From: Halocafeteria seosinensis
Taxonomy: Eukaryota
DNA: 64,000 nucleotides
Assembly (NCBI GenBank): GCA_001687465.1
Contig: LVLI01000101.1
Coordinates: forward strand, 248,001-312,000
Direction: 5' to 3'
The notes beneath the pieces are model-generated. The model did not search any database. It had not been told where the DNA came from and worked only from the letters and a program-made list of their open reading frames with translations. Position 1 is the first letter of the stretch. The number at the start of each line of letters is the position of its first letter. Shown one piece after another: positions 1 to 11,585 of the stretch. Made by a program: the position numbers and the translations under genes.

Positions 1-63
1 TGAACTTGGACGAGAATATCTTCTCTTGGAAGCATTCCTTTCGCTTGATTCCCTCACTTTCCC

Positions 64-86
64 CTCTCTCTCTCTCTCTCTGTCTC
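64..86. repeat. (CT)n microsatellite
   Basis: ctctctctctctctctctgtctc read directly. Confidence 0.85.
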
Positions 87-1029
87 CCACGATCAATCTA
101 CTGCAAACGCACCTTTGGGATCTGCACGGGAGCGAATTTCTTGCTTAATCTCGGCAGGAGCTTCCATTGTTCTGGCTTTTTACAGGACGCGAAGGAATGA
201 GTTGGGGGACGTCGAGGACGAGCAAGCGCTAAAGGCTATAAACAGACTACTACGTGTTAATCTTGTATTCCAAACTATCTAGGAATGGACTATTTGAGCA
301 ATGTACTGATGGTACGGTCTGCAACAATACTTTTCGTCACTTATGATAAGAAAGGCGGCAATTGCCTACTCCGGGAGGTGGAGGAACCCGACTAAGGGCA
401 ATCTCAAGGGAACAAAAAAGGTCTTCGCCCTTTGACACGTGTTCCACCTTGAACTTCCCTTCCTGTTGTCAGCGAGATGTAGTTGTCCATCTCTACGGTG
501 CCATGATCAGAAGAGGCTTTATGAATCACTGCACCTTTTTTGGGGAGCACGCCCTGCATTGAGCTCACCACTGCGGCGCAGGGAATCGGGGAACCGGCAC
601 CATTAGCTCCTGGTTGGATACTTCAACGTGGGACAATGCACTGCATAAACATGGAAAATCCCGACACGATAGACCTAAGTATTGGTGACTAGCAACAAAA
701 ATTAACGTTTGTAAACTTCGAATGGGGTAGGTGGTCCCCAAACAAGCGCTTCTACATCATGCGTCTCCCACTTGTGACCAGAAGGCAACTCCGCAAGTTC
801 CTCGTATAAGTGCTCCACCATTTTCCTTTATTGATGCCGGTTATGCAAAATGTTTATTCCACAGAGGCTGAACAAAGCGATTACGAACGGACAAGCGTGT
901 AGGTTCGCGCGACTTGCAACAGGACCAGCACGATGATCGATTAAGATGCCTAGTCAGATTTTATGTGCAGCAGTCGCTTTCTAAAAGCAACCATTCGACG
1001 ATTGAATTCGTCCAAATCGAAAGCTCAGC

Positions 1030-1491
1030 TCATCGTGAAGGTGAACACACAAGGCATTCAATGGTTTCTTTCTTCTTCTTTATTAGCTCCCTTAAACCAA
1101 AGTGCTTGGGTTTCAGTGACTTCAGCTGCTCGAATGTTAGCCAATAGTCGGCGTCACTCTCCCAATTGCCGACAGGTGTAAACTCATCTTGGACAACTCC
1201 AACAAAGTTCTGGTATTCGAAATTTGCTTGAGGGTCTTTGAAACGATGTATGCGATGCAGAACCACGTTCCCCGTGTATCCGGTCTCCTCCCTCAACTCT
1301 CGTACTGCGCATTGTTCACATGTTTCTCCAGGCTCTAATTTGCCTCCGTAAACTCCATAGGTTCTACCTTCGAATACCAACTCGCTCCTCAGCTGCACTA
1401 AGAATCGGCCTGTTTTCTGTGCAAGAACTAAGACTCCAGCTCCTTTGTCACCGAAGTATTCATATTGCTTTGACATTATCTCCCTTTTCAA
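1030..1491 (-). CDS. Nudix hydrolase, intronless
   Basis: Complete Nudix box GGKLEPGETCEQCAVRELREETGY (GX5EX7REUXEEXGU) preceded by the GAGVLVL strand; the true start may be the ATG of MSKQ a few codons in. Confidence 0.9.
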   Translation of the reverse strand: MKREIMSKQYEYFGDKGAGVLVLAQKTGRFLVQLRSELVFEGRTYGVYGGKLEPGETCEQCAVRELREETGYTGNVVLHRIHRFKDPQANFEYQNFVGVVQDEFTPVGNWESDADYWLTFEQLKSLKPKHFGLRELIKKKKETIECLVCSPSR

Positions 1492-2025
1492 AATCCTGGC
1501 ATTAACTCCTCGAAGAGTGTTCGCTTATGTGTGTGCTGCGTTCAGGAGTATGAGTGTGGTAGCCCACTGGTTAGGAAGTTGACCGCATCCTCTTCGCGGT
1601 ATACCGGTACCGTATAGTATACGGCGTATACGCAGTTGCTGAGTAGCGATCACTTGACAACAGTCGTCGGTGTCGCAGCCGCAAAATATTTGACTCGGAT
1701 GGTTCGATTAAGTAAAACGTACTTACCAATACACATATCTGCGAATCCAGACGTATCGACTCCCAATTTAAGCTCTGCCAAAACTCGAACATCCTTGAAC
1801 TTCAACTTCGTGTGCGAACTGGACTAAACATCCGTTCTCCATGAGGATTGAATGGCACATATTCTATACCAATTATATAGATAGATCATGTCATAAAGTG
1901 TGCATGTGGTTGTGGTTGAGGCGTGTATGGAGCCTGTGGCAAGGGATTGACGGTCCGACAACGTGGTATGGCGACGGTATTCTCGGTCTTCGAGGAGGCT
2001 TTATAATGTATTAGAGGGTACAAAA

Positions 2026-5000
2026 ATGGACTCTGGGGCTACCTCAAGGGGGAAATTAGATCTGCCCGAACTCACGGAGGAGGAGGAAGAGGAAGAAGAC
2101 AACATTTCTGTGGAGGGTCAACACTCAGCCTATGCTGCAGCGGCTTCGTCATATGCTAATGGAGAGGTTCAAAAGCACATTTCCCATGATAATGCAAACG
2201 GGAGCGGCACACACACTAATGGGCAAGCTCGACATAAGAAGCAGCCGCCGCCGCCTCCGCCACGTCCACCGCCGTTGCCGACGGACAGCACACACCGGGA
2301 CTCTTCAACCTCCTCGCGGTTGGACAGTGTGAGCAGCAACGGCGAGGCAAGCCGTTCACAGCATCGACGAACGACAAAATCCACTAGTGTGTCTAGAGCG
2401 AAAGGTGACCAACTTCTGAAGCAACCTCGTTACTTCGATAGCCCTTCCGCTGACTTGTATCCCTTCGACTTGTGGGATGTCGCCCTTTCACAAGGAGGTG
2501 GGTTGGTGTCTGGTGAGGAAGTCAGGAAGACTGTTTTCGCTAGACTTCCAGAGTCGGAAACTCAACAGTGGGAACATGATTTTGCCATGATAGTCGAAGA
2601 TCGCTCTTTGCATACAGGGTTGCTTGAGATGGCTGATCCTCACGATGTAAGTGACAATGTTATTATAGTAACGTACCATGATGTAAGTACCGAACGTTTT
2701 AATACGCCGCAGAAAATTTGGAAGCCAGTTTGGGTAATGCTTTGCATTGATGCTTTGTGGTTGTTTGATCTAGGTGCGGAATATACGCAGAGTGCAGCGT
2801 CCGGAAATGGCAATGAGTCCCCGCTTGGCCCTATACGAGACAATTCTCCTCTATCTGCGGGTACTCACATATACTCAGTAGCTGGGAGCTCTCAAGCTTC
2901 GTTATCTTTATCAAAGGCTCATGTTTTGTTCTTGGGTGAAAACGTGAAATCCCGCTTGATCGATGGAGCGACGTTTGAAGTGTTTTCAGTGTCAGCTATT
3001 ATCAATCTCAGGGCGAAGTCTAAGCTGAGAAGTAAAACTTGGATGAGAAAAATCGAAAAACGTCACAAGCTTCGACCATGGCGGACTGACGTTGAACTTT
3101 GTGAAGATGTCATCGCTAGAAAGAGTCGCCAGGAAGCAGCAAAGACTAAACCGGATCGACCTACTGTACGCAAGTTACTCTCTACAACAATTTATCGAGA
3201 CGCATTTTACGAATTTGCCGAAGAACAAAATGTCGGAAGTTTGATCAAGTTCTGGATACAAGCTGAAGTCTTTCATGATGTGGCAGAATATGTATATAGC
3301 AGACTCGGAAACCCTCATGGCTCCAATACTTGCATATTTGACGAGCACGATTCGGTGGATGCGAATGAAGCGTATTCATATATTTTGTGTGTTTTGGAGG
3401 CAACTACACTATATTATCGTTTCTGCCTCAGGGGTACTCTTGTCCAGATTGCTGGAGGAAATGATTGCCGCAACCGCCTCCTCAGTCGACTACGTATTAT
3501 GGATGTTCACCCAACTCTCTTCCAGGAATTTCAGGAGAAAGTGGAACTCTATTTGGCAGAACATGTATATCCGTCGTTCATACATTCCCAGAGGTTCCGG
3601 TGCATTTTCTTTAACGAAGGAGATGCTTTGGAGTGGTGGAGGAAGTGCGTTGAGAGTAGTAGAGTTGGTCTGTCGGCTGGCTTGCGGGGGCAACGGAGGA
3701 GGGAGTTGAATGAACCAGATATGGAGGGTACAAGGACGCACATGTTCGATTTGTTATATGGAAATATATTTTATTTCTTCGAAACTCCTGTGCAGTCGAT
3801 AAGACTAGATCGTGGTGTTATGAATGCGGTGGCGAAGGCTCAGTCTTTCGGCTGGTTACACGTTGCCCATCAAGCGGGGTTTGAGGAACCACCTATTGGT
3901 ATCGGTGCACCAGCGAAATACATGAAAACAATGAAGGTAAATTTTGAGGACCGTTTCCAGATCAAACAAGCAGATTCTGCCGATGCCGAAACACCCGAAC
4001 TTCCACCTCGGCGGAATAGCGTGTTTTCAATGTTTAACGGTGGGGAACGACGACAGACTAGGCATCGGAATAGTTCGGCCTCGATGTACGATTCTCCCCA
4101 AGACTCGGATAATGCTCATATGTTGGAAGAAATTGCTTCTGCAATAGACGACGAAATGCGTACGCATTCTAGAGCAAGTGTAGATATACGTCCCAGCTCT
4201 CTACGAGGGAACACGAAGTACAATATAGATGATACAGACGAGACAACTGCAACGTATGCCAGTACATTGGCTGGGACACTTAAGCGGTGGGAGCATCTCT
4301 GGGGCCGTGCAAACGACCGTACGGATCGCACTAAGCCAGGAGAAAATCACCGCTATCCCTCGACTCTTCGGACTTTGTTTGCTACTATGAGCGAATTGTG
4401 GAAAGACCGAAGTGAATCAAAATATAGCGGAGAAGAATTTAATCTTCTAGAAAGTGTCTTAGCGTTCGTTCCTCTAGAAGATAGTCAGATCCTCGAGCAG
4501 GATATCATTGCCTCATGTATCCTAATCGAAAAAGAGTTACAGGAGCTCACCAACAGGAAGGGTACTGTTTTCTCGATGAGAAAGGAGTTGCAAGTAGCAG
4601 CGAACGATAAGCGAATGACGGGAAATCAGCGATCACTTGTCTCTTTTTCTGCTTTCACCATACATCCGTCTGTGCCACACGTTTTGTCTCCTAGCAAGGT
4701 GAAATTGTTGGGAAGACATCATTCTAGGGTTTTGTATCATGTGCAAAATTCCTCGCACATACATGGTTCCACGAAAAACGAGAACGAAGAGCATCGTAAT
4801 GTCTCACAAAGTGGTTATGCTCGGCAGGATGATTCCCATGCGGCAAGCGTGGAGATCATTCAGGAAGGATGGGTAAGGATCATATGGACGGAACCATTGA
4901 ATGTGTGGAGGCTGGGAAGTACGAGTCAAGACAGCCTGAGGAACTCTATGTGTGACTACCTATGCGAACAAGCTACGGCACAGCATGGTGGGGTATTTTC

Positions 5001-7110
5001 GCCGTCTCTGCCTACTGCTGATGAAGGCCACAGTGATCTACTAGATGCCATTGACAGCGCAAACTCATCCGAAAGCTTGCAGCAACTCATTGCCATGGAT
5101 TTATTATACAAACACTGCATTTTAAGGTGCGTTTCAATTGGGTCATGGAGACCACCATTTCCACTGTATCCTCGTGACAGGAGCCTTGATTCGCGATGTC
5201 TCCCTGTCACATTAACGGATATCGAGATTTCTTCAGCCGAACAGTCCCCAGGTGCTGATCGCGCTGCAGAAGAGCCCCTTATCTCCTCTGGATCACCCTC
5301 GCTGAGCATATACGTATATGCCGTGCTACTTGCTGACGGTCGCCTTTTGTTTTCTACGGGCGATAATATCCCAAGAAGAAACGCACAGCATAAAAGTTAT
5401 GTTCACGAAGTTACAATTGCTCCGCAGTCTAGCTGCTCTGAACTCCAGTGGGGTGTTCAGAAGGACCATCGGAACAGGTCCTGGAGGAAAGAGTCTAACA
5501 CAACCAGTAGTGGTACAAGGAACGGTTTTTCCGATCCAATTGATAGTAGATTCGATTACACTGAGATAGACTGTGAAATCGACTTTAGCTCTGATTCCGA
5601 CAGTGTATCAGAAGACACAAACCCAAGCGATTATCTGCATGTTAGAGACACGCTTCGCTGCTTCTGGGGTGGAGTGGGTTTAGGATCGGCTATTCACGTG
5701 TCTAAAACGAATAACTGGAAAGCTCCCGCACATAGTATATCCATGGAGTTTGCTACTGGAGAGCTTCACGTTGTTCCTCTCGCCAATGAAGATAAATGGT
5801 TAACCAATCTCAAGGCGATTAGGAAGAATGCAAGAGTTGGTTTTACGGAAAGTACTTACCAGGAATATCCCTCGGAGGATAAAGCCACAATGGTCGCGAC
5901 TAATGGCAATGTTCTTGACAGATGCCCTTGGGCCCCGCTGGGATATTTTGATGCTAAGCTTAAAATAGGGAGCAGACCGGGTACGTTATTTAGTATTAAG
6001 CCCTCTGGGAACAAGGTCCGGGTTCCTCCGGAGAAACCTCCGAACACCGATATCGAAAGTGTAGCCGCATTCCTTGAACGCGGACAGTTGGTAGTGGACC
6101 ATGATGTATTTCGCGGCTTAAAAGAACGTGTGCGTTTCCAAGGATGGTTGTGGAAGCGGGGCAAAATGAACCATGCATGGAAATTGAGATGGTGCGTTCT
6201 TACTGCGTCTGGAGAGTTGAAGTATTACAGTTTCCGCTACTCAGATCGTCGGCTTCAATACCGGAGATCGGTCCGGTTATCGAATAGAACCAAATATGTG
6301 AGGATAATGCCGTTGAATTTAGAATCACCATCCTCGTCGAATGGCGACAGGCCTACCAATACAGAGGATGCTGGCCGGTTGTCGGGAAGCAGTGCACGTC
6401 CCATATCGCAGGCGGATACTTCGTATAAATTAATGAGGAGAGTTTCGAGCGCTGCCATTTTGGGGACACCCCAAAGAAAACAATCCCTTCTGCAGCGGGT
6501 AGCAGGATCCTTCATGTCTCGGTCCAGCAGAGTAGCAAGTCTCCAGGAAGAATATGAACACCAACGCAGCTTTTCTGAAAAGAGAGTTCAGTGGCTCAAC
6601 GTAGCGTTTGCCGTGGGTATTCATGGAGATTCTTCGTATGATTCCCGTCTCGAGGATGTGGATACGCGACGGCTACAACGCATGGTATCGAACCCCTCCG
6701 CCAGACAGTCAGTTGTTAGGTTTGCAGACAAGCTTCAGCATGTCCTTACGGGGCTAGCTATTCTTACGCCACGAACGATTCACCAAATCCGCAACGAATG
6801 CCAAGAAGGGAAGGCCACGACAGAAGATGATGGTCATTCTGCACTGCAGATGCTTCAACAAGCTCAAGTGCCTGTTTCGTTTGAAGTCTTAACGGCTGAT
6901 GATGACAGGGCGTCGCGCCTCTGGAGTTTTATTGCCCCATCTACTCTTGAAGGTGCTCGGTGGATATCCGAAATCCGAAGATTTATGCGGACACGAGACT
7001 CGTCCCAGTCAGAAATTCTCAGATTGCACAAGTCTCATCAGCGATACAGTATGGAGGCTATAGAACACTTCGGACACGGTTACGGATATAATGGATTTTT
7101 TGCTCAGTAA
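2026..7110 (+). CDS. Large signalling protein with an RGS/RH domain and several PH domains (~1690 aa, single exon)
   Basis: Long uninterrupted ORF; first ATG at 2026. N-terminal PH-like region (WKPVWVML...KTWMRKI), RGS-like helices (LLSTTIYRDAFYEFAEEQNVGSLIKFW...FQEFQEKVELYLAEHVYPSFIHSQRF), and a C-terminal split PH (RFQGWLWKRGKMNHAWKLRWCVLTASGELKYY...LWSFIAPSTLEGARWISEI). Confidence 0.8.
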   Translation: MDSGATSRGKLDLPELTEEEEEEEDNISVEGQHSAYAAAASSYANGEVQKHISHDNANGSGTHTNGQARHKKQPPPPPPRPPPLPTDSTHRDSSTSSRLDSVSSNGEASRSQHRRTTKSTSVSRAKGDQLLKQPRYFDSPSADLYPFDLWDVALSQGGGLVSGEEVRKTVFARLPESETQQWEHDFAMIVEDRSLHTGLLEMADPHDVSDNVIIVTYHDVSTERFNTPQKIWKPVWVMLCIDALWLFDLGAEYTQSAASGNGNESPLGPIRDNSPLSAGTHIYSVAGSSQASLSLSKAHVLFLGENVKSRLIDGATFEVFSVSAIINLRAKSKLRSKTWMRKIEKRHKLRPWRTDVELCEDVIARKSRQEAAKTKPDRPTVRKLLSTTIYRDAFYEFAEEQNVGSLIKFWIQAEVFHDVAEYVYSRLGNPHGSNTCIFDEHDSVDANEAYSYILCVLEATTLYYRFCLRGTLVQIAGGNDCRNRLLSRLRIMDVHPTLFQEFQEKVELYLAEHVYPSFIHSQRFRCIFFNEGDALEWWRKCVESSRVGLSAGLRGQRRRELNEPDMEGTRTHMFDLLYGNIFYFFETPVQSIRLDRGVMNAVAKAQSFGWLHVAHQAGFEEPPIGIGAPAKYMKTMKVNFEDRFQIKQADSADAETPELPPRRNSVFSMFNGGERRQTRHRNSSASMYDSPQDSDNAHMLEEIASAIDDEMRTHSRASVDIRPSSLRGNTKYNIDDTDETTATYASTLAGTLKRWEHLWGRANDRTDRTKPGENHRYPSTLRTLFATMSELWKDRSESKYSGEEFNLLESVLAFVPLEDSQILEQDIIASCILIEKELQELTNRKGTVFSMRKELQVAANDKRMTGNQRSLVSFSAFTIHPSVPHVLSPSKVKLLGRHHSRVLYHVQNSSHIHGSTKNENEEHRNVSQSGYARQDDSHAASVEIIQEGWVRIIWTEPLNVWRLGSTSQDSLRNSMCDYLCEQATAQHGGVFSPSLPTADEGHSDLLDAIDSANSSESLQQLIAMDLLYKHCILRCVSIGSWRPPFPLYPRDRSLDSRCLPVTLTDIEISSAEQSPGADRAAEEPLISSGSPSLSIYVYAVLLADGRLLFSTGDNIPRRNAQHKSYVHEVTIAPQSSCSELQWGVQKDHRNRSWRKESNTTSSGTRNGFSDPIDSRFDYTEIDCEIDFSSDSDSVSEDTNPSDYLHVRDTLRCFWGGVGLGSAIHVSKTNNWKAPAHSISMEFATGELHVVPLANEDKWLTNLKAIRKNARVGFTESTYQEYPSEDKATMVATNGNVLDRCPWAPLGYFDAKLKIGSRPGTLFSIKPSGNKVRVPPEKPPNTDIESVAAFLERGQLVVDHDVFRGLKERVRFQGWLWKRGKMNHAWKLRWCVLTASGELKYYSFRYSDRRLQYRRSVRLSNRTKYVRIMPLNLESPSSSNGDRPTNTEDAGRLSGSSARPISQADTSYKLMRRVSSAAILGTPQRKQSLLQRVAGSFMSRSSRVASLQEEYEHQRSFSEKRVQWLNVAFAVGIHGDSSYDSRLEDVDTRRLQRMVSNPSARQSVVRFADKLQHVLTGLAILTPRTIHQIRNECQEGKATTEDDGHSALQMLQQAQVPVSFEVLTADDDRASRLWSFIAPSTLEGARWISEIRRFMRTRDSSQSEILRLHKSHQRYSMEAIEHFGHGYGYNGFFAQ

Positions 7111-7127
7111 GCTTTGAAAGAAGTGCT

Positions 7128-8117
7128 TCAGAATTCCTCGTCCAATAGCGCCGACGTTTCAAATTCCGCAAAGCCGACCTTGATGCAACCGTCGTTATCT
7201 ATGAGGGTCGGGTAGACGTGTGCGGTGAAAGATTTCTGCAATTTGAATATTTTTCCCAACTAAACGAAATAACAAACGGGGTGTTATAAATGTATGCATA
7301 CCGGTGGAAGCCGGCTGATTCCGGTGTCGAGATCGAATGCGAAGCCGTGTCGAGGGCTGTGCACGGGTGACGGATTGAATCAAAAACTGGGAAACAAAAA
7401 TAACAAAATACGCACCAAGAGACACAAAGGTGTCCATCCACATCTTCAATATCACCCATATGTAACGGACCGCCTGTGCATAAGAATAAGAATTGGCGCG
7501 GACAGTAAGACTGCGTATATGGGCGGCAACGAATACCGGTACCAGCACCAACCTGCATGAGGGCATTTCTCATCAACAGCAAAAGTTCGGTCGTCCCCGA
7601 AACGGAAGATTGCAAGTTCTCTACCATTAACAAAGCATGTTGCTCCAAGTACGGGCCTGCAGATGCCCACAACGGTTAGTAATGATAGCTCAGAATAGAC
7701 AGGACAGAGTGCCGATACCACCTACCTCGAGTATTGCTTTTTGCGAGTTTTCCCCGTTACAGTGTACTGGTACTGCACCGGGTATCTGGAGGAATCGGGA
7801 AGAGATGATTTGAAAATATCCGTCCTAAAATACAAGAGTTGAGACGGATCTTCTGCCTCTCCACCTTCCTCGTATCCTACTGGAACATGTCCAAGGGAGC
7901 TTCCATAACGTTCGCTATTTCGGGCATTTCCAGTCGAGTGGTCCGGGTGAGCGAAGGGTGGAAGATATTGCCGTTCAGGGACGCTGGGATTATCCAGGCG
8001 CCTTGTTTGCTGCGACGTTCCAGAGTGGAAGGAACCCACTGCACCGGGGTCCAGATTGGTATCCACGTTGAAGCTCTCGTCTTCCTGAAATTCTCCACCC
8101 TCTGTATTATTTTCCAT
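7128..8117 (-). CDS. Rieske [2Fe-2S] ferredoxin-like protein (RFESD/NirD-like), spliced
   Basis: Splicing at GT-AG sites gives VNGRELAIFRFGDDRTFAVDEKCPHAG-GPLHMGDIEDVDGHLCVSCPRHGFAFDLDTG, i.e. CxH...CxxH ligands. Last exon KSFTAHVYPTLIDNDGCIKVGF...EEF*, stop at 7128-7130. Confidence 0.85.
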
Positions 8118-8874
8118 GTTTGCATATCCGGGACCAAGAGCCTCCTCCTTGCTTAATAAACACCGTGAGACACAATATAGCCGTGGACAATGAGAGTAAA
8201 ACGAAGTAATCGTTGCTTCATAGCGTAGGAAGACTTCTTATTCGTTTTCACAAGGCCATTTATGGGGAGGCAATATGATAATATCCTTAGGTTCTTCTCT
8301 ATATATGCTCCCCACAATAACAATGCTCTCTCTCGCTCCCTCTCTTAGAATATACCGTGGGTATTGTCTATCAAACAGCGAATATTTCGGGAATTCTTCT
8401 TGTGACTTCAAGCTGAGTGAACTTCAACCATACGTGGAAGTAGATTCGTGTGTGTGAACAATTCTCATTCCCATGCTCAGAAAGTAACATTTCAGTCCAG
8501 ACGTGGTGGAATTCGACTTTAAACTGCCGTCTCGGTCATTTTGTTGTGACTCGCAGAGTGAACAAGATGAACCACAGAGAACTCGTTGTGCTTGCCAAAG
8601 TTATCTCAGCATGGCCTTGAGGCTGTTCAACTTAAACTTTTATGTTTGGAACAACAAATATTAGATCGATTTCGCATAAACTTTGTCAAAGGAGAATGAG
8701 TGTCCTGGAGTAGTAGTAGTGGAATGCCATGAATGCTGAATGTTAACCAATGCATCGACTGCTAACCGGCAGCACAGAATACTGTATACATGTACATAAA
8801 TCTTAAAGGATCCAGATCTTCCCATTCTATGAAAACATGTTACGTGTTCAAAACCTCAGGACTAGCGGAGAATA

Positions 8875-10546
8875 TTAAAATTCTTTACCACTATATTCTT
8901 TGACCTCTTCTTCCTCGCCAGTATCGTCTTTCGCCATACCTTCCGAAATTAGCCAATCTCTGACGGCCTCTTGACATGTCTCTAGATCAATCGCACCATG
9001 TTCCGCGAGCCTGCACAGAAGTATCGATACGCGAAATATCAGGAAAGATAAGATCATAGCTACCTAGCATTTCATTTTCGGATTTACATACCAGTCACTC
9101 TCCAACAAATCAACTGCCGACGCCCGCTCCGAGGGGTCTTTTTGAAGGCACATTTTAGTAAATTCTACAAAGTTGTCGCTGTGAGTACCGTCCTTCGGAG
9201 GAATCGGAACTTCTCCATCCATGACTATCGAAACATATCCAATCGTGGAGCTGCTCTCAGGATAAGGGTATTGGCCAGTCAAGGCTTCTAGTAAGACTAA
9301 ACCCAAGCTCCAGATATCTGCGAAATTGACCCCATCTGGAGTAGAACGCAACTAAACCTCCGAAGAAGCTCATAATATACATACCACTGCTATAGTCATA
9401 TGGCATCGTTGCCATTCTCTCCGGACTCATGTACTTGAACGACCCTACGAACGTTTTGGCCAAAACAGCAGTAGATAACTCCTTTGAAATCCCGAAATCT
9501 GTCAATTTAACTTCCCCCTGCAATCCTTGCACATTAACTCCAGTAATTAAGATAGGTTCCCCTTACAAATTTATACATACATGGCTATTGACAAGAATAT
9601 TTTGAGGCTTGACATCCCTATGCACTCGTCTTTCATGCGCGAGGTATCCGAGTCCCCACAATATTTGGAACGTCATATGGGCAAGCACACGCTCGGGAAT
9701 CTTCTGCTCTGAGGACTTGCGAACGACATTGTCTAGACCACCTGTTGAAGGATTACTTGAATTTCAGCCATAAGAGAATTTTCAGCTGCTACGTTTAGTC
9801 CAAACACACTTACCAAGATCCATGAATTCAAGTATGACGGCCACTGACCCCTCCCGATACGTGGCGCCATAAAACGAAATTAGAGCCTCGCAATCACTAT
9901 GGAACAACGCACGCAACTCAGAGAGTAACATATCGCGCATATTCTGCAAATATTAACAGAAAATTGAACTTCATGTTCCTTTTGCGTTAAAGGAGCAGCA
10001 ACCGTACTCCCAACGTACCTTCATGTACAACCCAATGCTCTTGAGGGCAAAATATTCATCAGTGTCTCGGTGCCGGACCAATTTGACGGTACTACACGCG
10101 CCTGCAATAAATTTATAGTTCGTGAAAGAGTGGAGAAATGTTGCATAACATAAAGCCAAAGTTGATCGTACCTGCCCCAAGGTCCCGGATTTCTTCGAGT
10201 TTTTCGAAGGGGATCGTAGAGCCAGCGCTTTCATTGTCCCCAATATGAAGTCCTGTAAGATGTCATACAGCAAAATTTCCAGAATGAACACCCCTCAATA
10301 TGAGACCGCCTTCTTGGCGTATGATTACGGCGGAAATAATGGTTTACCTTGTTCATCTACGCGTAAATCGCCGGCTTCAAAGTGGTCGGCTCCTGCGTAG
10401 AAGCTGTCACTCCCTTTGATCCCAGCTTCAGCATTTTCCTCCTCCTCTCCGGCTAAATGTGCCTTCAGCGCTGCATCCGGGCGTGCAGGAGCGTCAGGAT
10501 CCAGACTTAACCCAGGTTTCTTCTTCTTCTTTCCCGAGGCTGCCAT
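8875..10546 (-). CDS. MAP kinase kinase (STE7/MEK family), multi-exon
   Basis: N-terminal docking site KKKKKPGLSL; GQGACSTV, FALK, HRDVKPQN, DFGISKELSTAVLAKTFVGSFKYMSPER (T-x5-T activation loop), DIWSLG. The 3' end is uncertain (possible extra exon near 8800-8827). Confidence 0.93.
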
Positions 10547-11585
10547 TGCTCAAGGATATCAGTTACAGCTGGGGCTTAAACCAAACTTTATACACACCCA
10601 AATAAGGCAGAAGACACTAGCTACAACCCAGTTGTTTAATCTCCAAGAGTGCGCTCAAGCTTTCTAACGAAACAGAGGACAATAACAACGGAACTCGTTG
10701 TTGTGTAGCCAGATACATGGTAACTTTCCACTGTCGCGGTGGTCGCAGCATGCGACCACAGTCCCTTCAAGGAAGTTCAAGCAGTTGCAACTTGCGGGTT
10801 GCAACTTGCAAACTCCGACTCAGAAATGATTTAACTAAAGCAGGTCTAAGATGGGTACATAATGTTCGGACTGTAGTGATATTGTTGAAGCATTTAAGAA
10901 CCACCCGTGGCGTTAGAATGCAGCGACAATAGTTGGCGACGCACCGCGATGCCATCTGTCGACTCCGGAGTGCAGCACGTTGGCTTCAGTTTGTCGTGTC
11001 GGATTCATCACTGATTAGTGTATGTCAGACTCTTCTCTTTCCCAATAGCTTTAGTTATATGAGTTATGAGTCTACAGCGCCGTAGCCCTGACAGTGAATG
11101 CGTCAATGACGCAGTCCACCGTTTTGCGCTCCTCGCAAAAATCTTGTCGCGTGTCTCGCACACACTTCATGGCCATATCGTAATGAGTGAGTAATGCTTT
11201 GATCTAGCCCACTCATTAGGGTGGAAGTGCTATGCAAGTTGCAACAGCGTGCAGCTTCCACCCCCAACGGTAGGTTCACAGAACAGGCTGACTCCAGCGG
11301 CTCACAGCTGGAACCTCAGTTCCTTGCGCTGTAGCTAATACAAGAGGATGACAACGATGTGTTGTTGAGCGCTGAATTATTCAGGCATCCGCTTCAGTGA
11401 CAAAACCCTGTGGGGTTTCACTAGAATCCATCTTGTTTCATATTCTTTCGTGGTAGATTCTTGGAGTGTTCTTCAGAGGGAAGGGCTTTAGAGTTCTTCC
11501 GGACAAATAGTGCTTTTTGATTTCACAATTCATTCTGACTTTACATTTTATCACTTAAGTTCTGATTCTCTAGTAGTTAGTTACG

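Noticed and set aside
1..167. Possible first exon (MEAPAEIKQEIRSRADPK, then a GT donor) of a minus-strand gene leaving the window
   Set aside because: Too short to support without the adjacent sequence.
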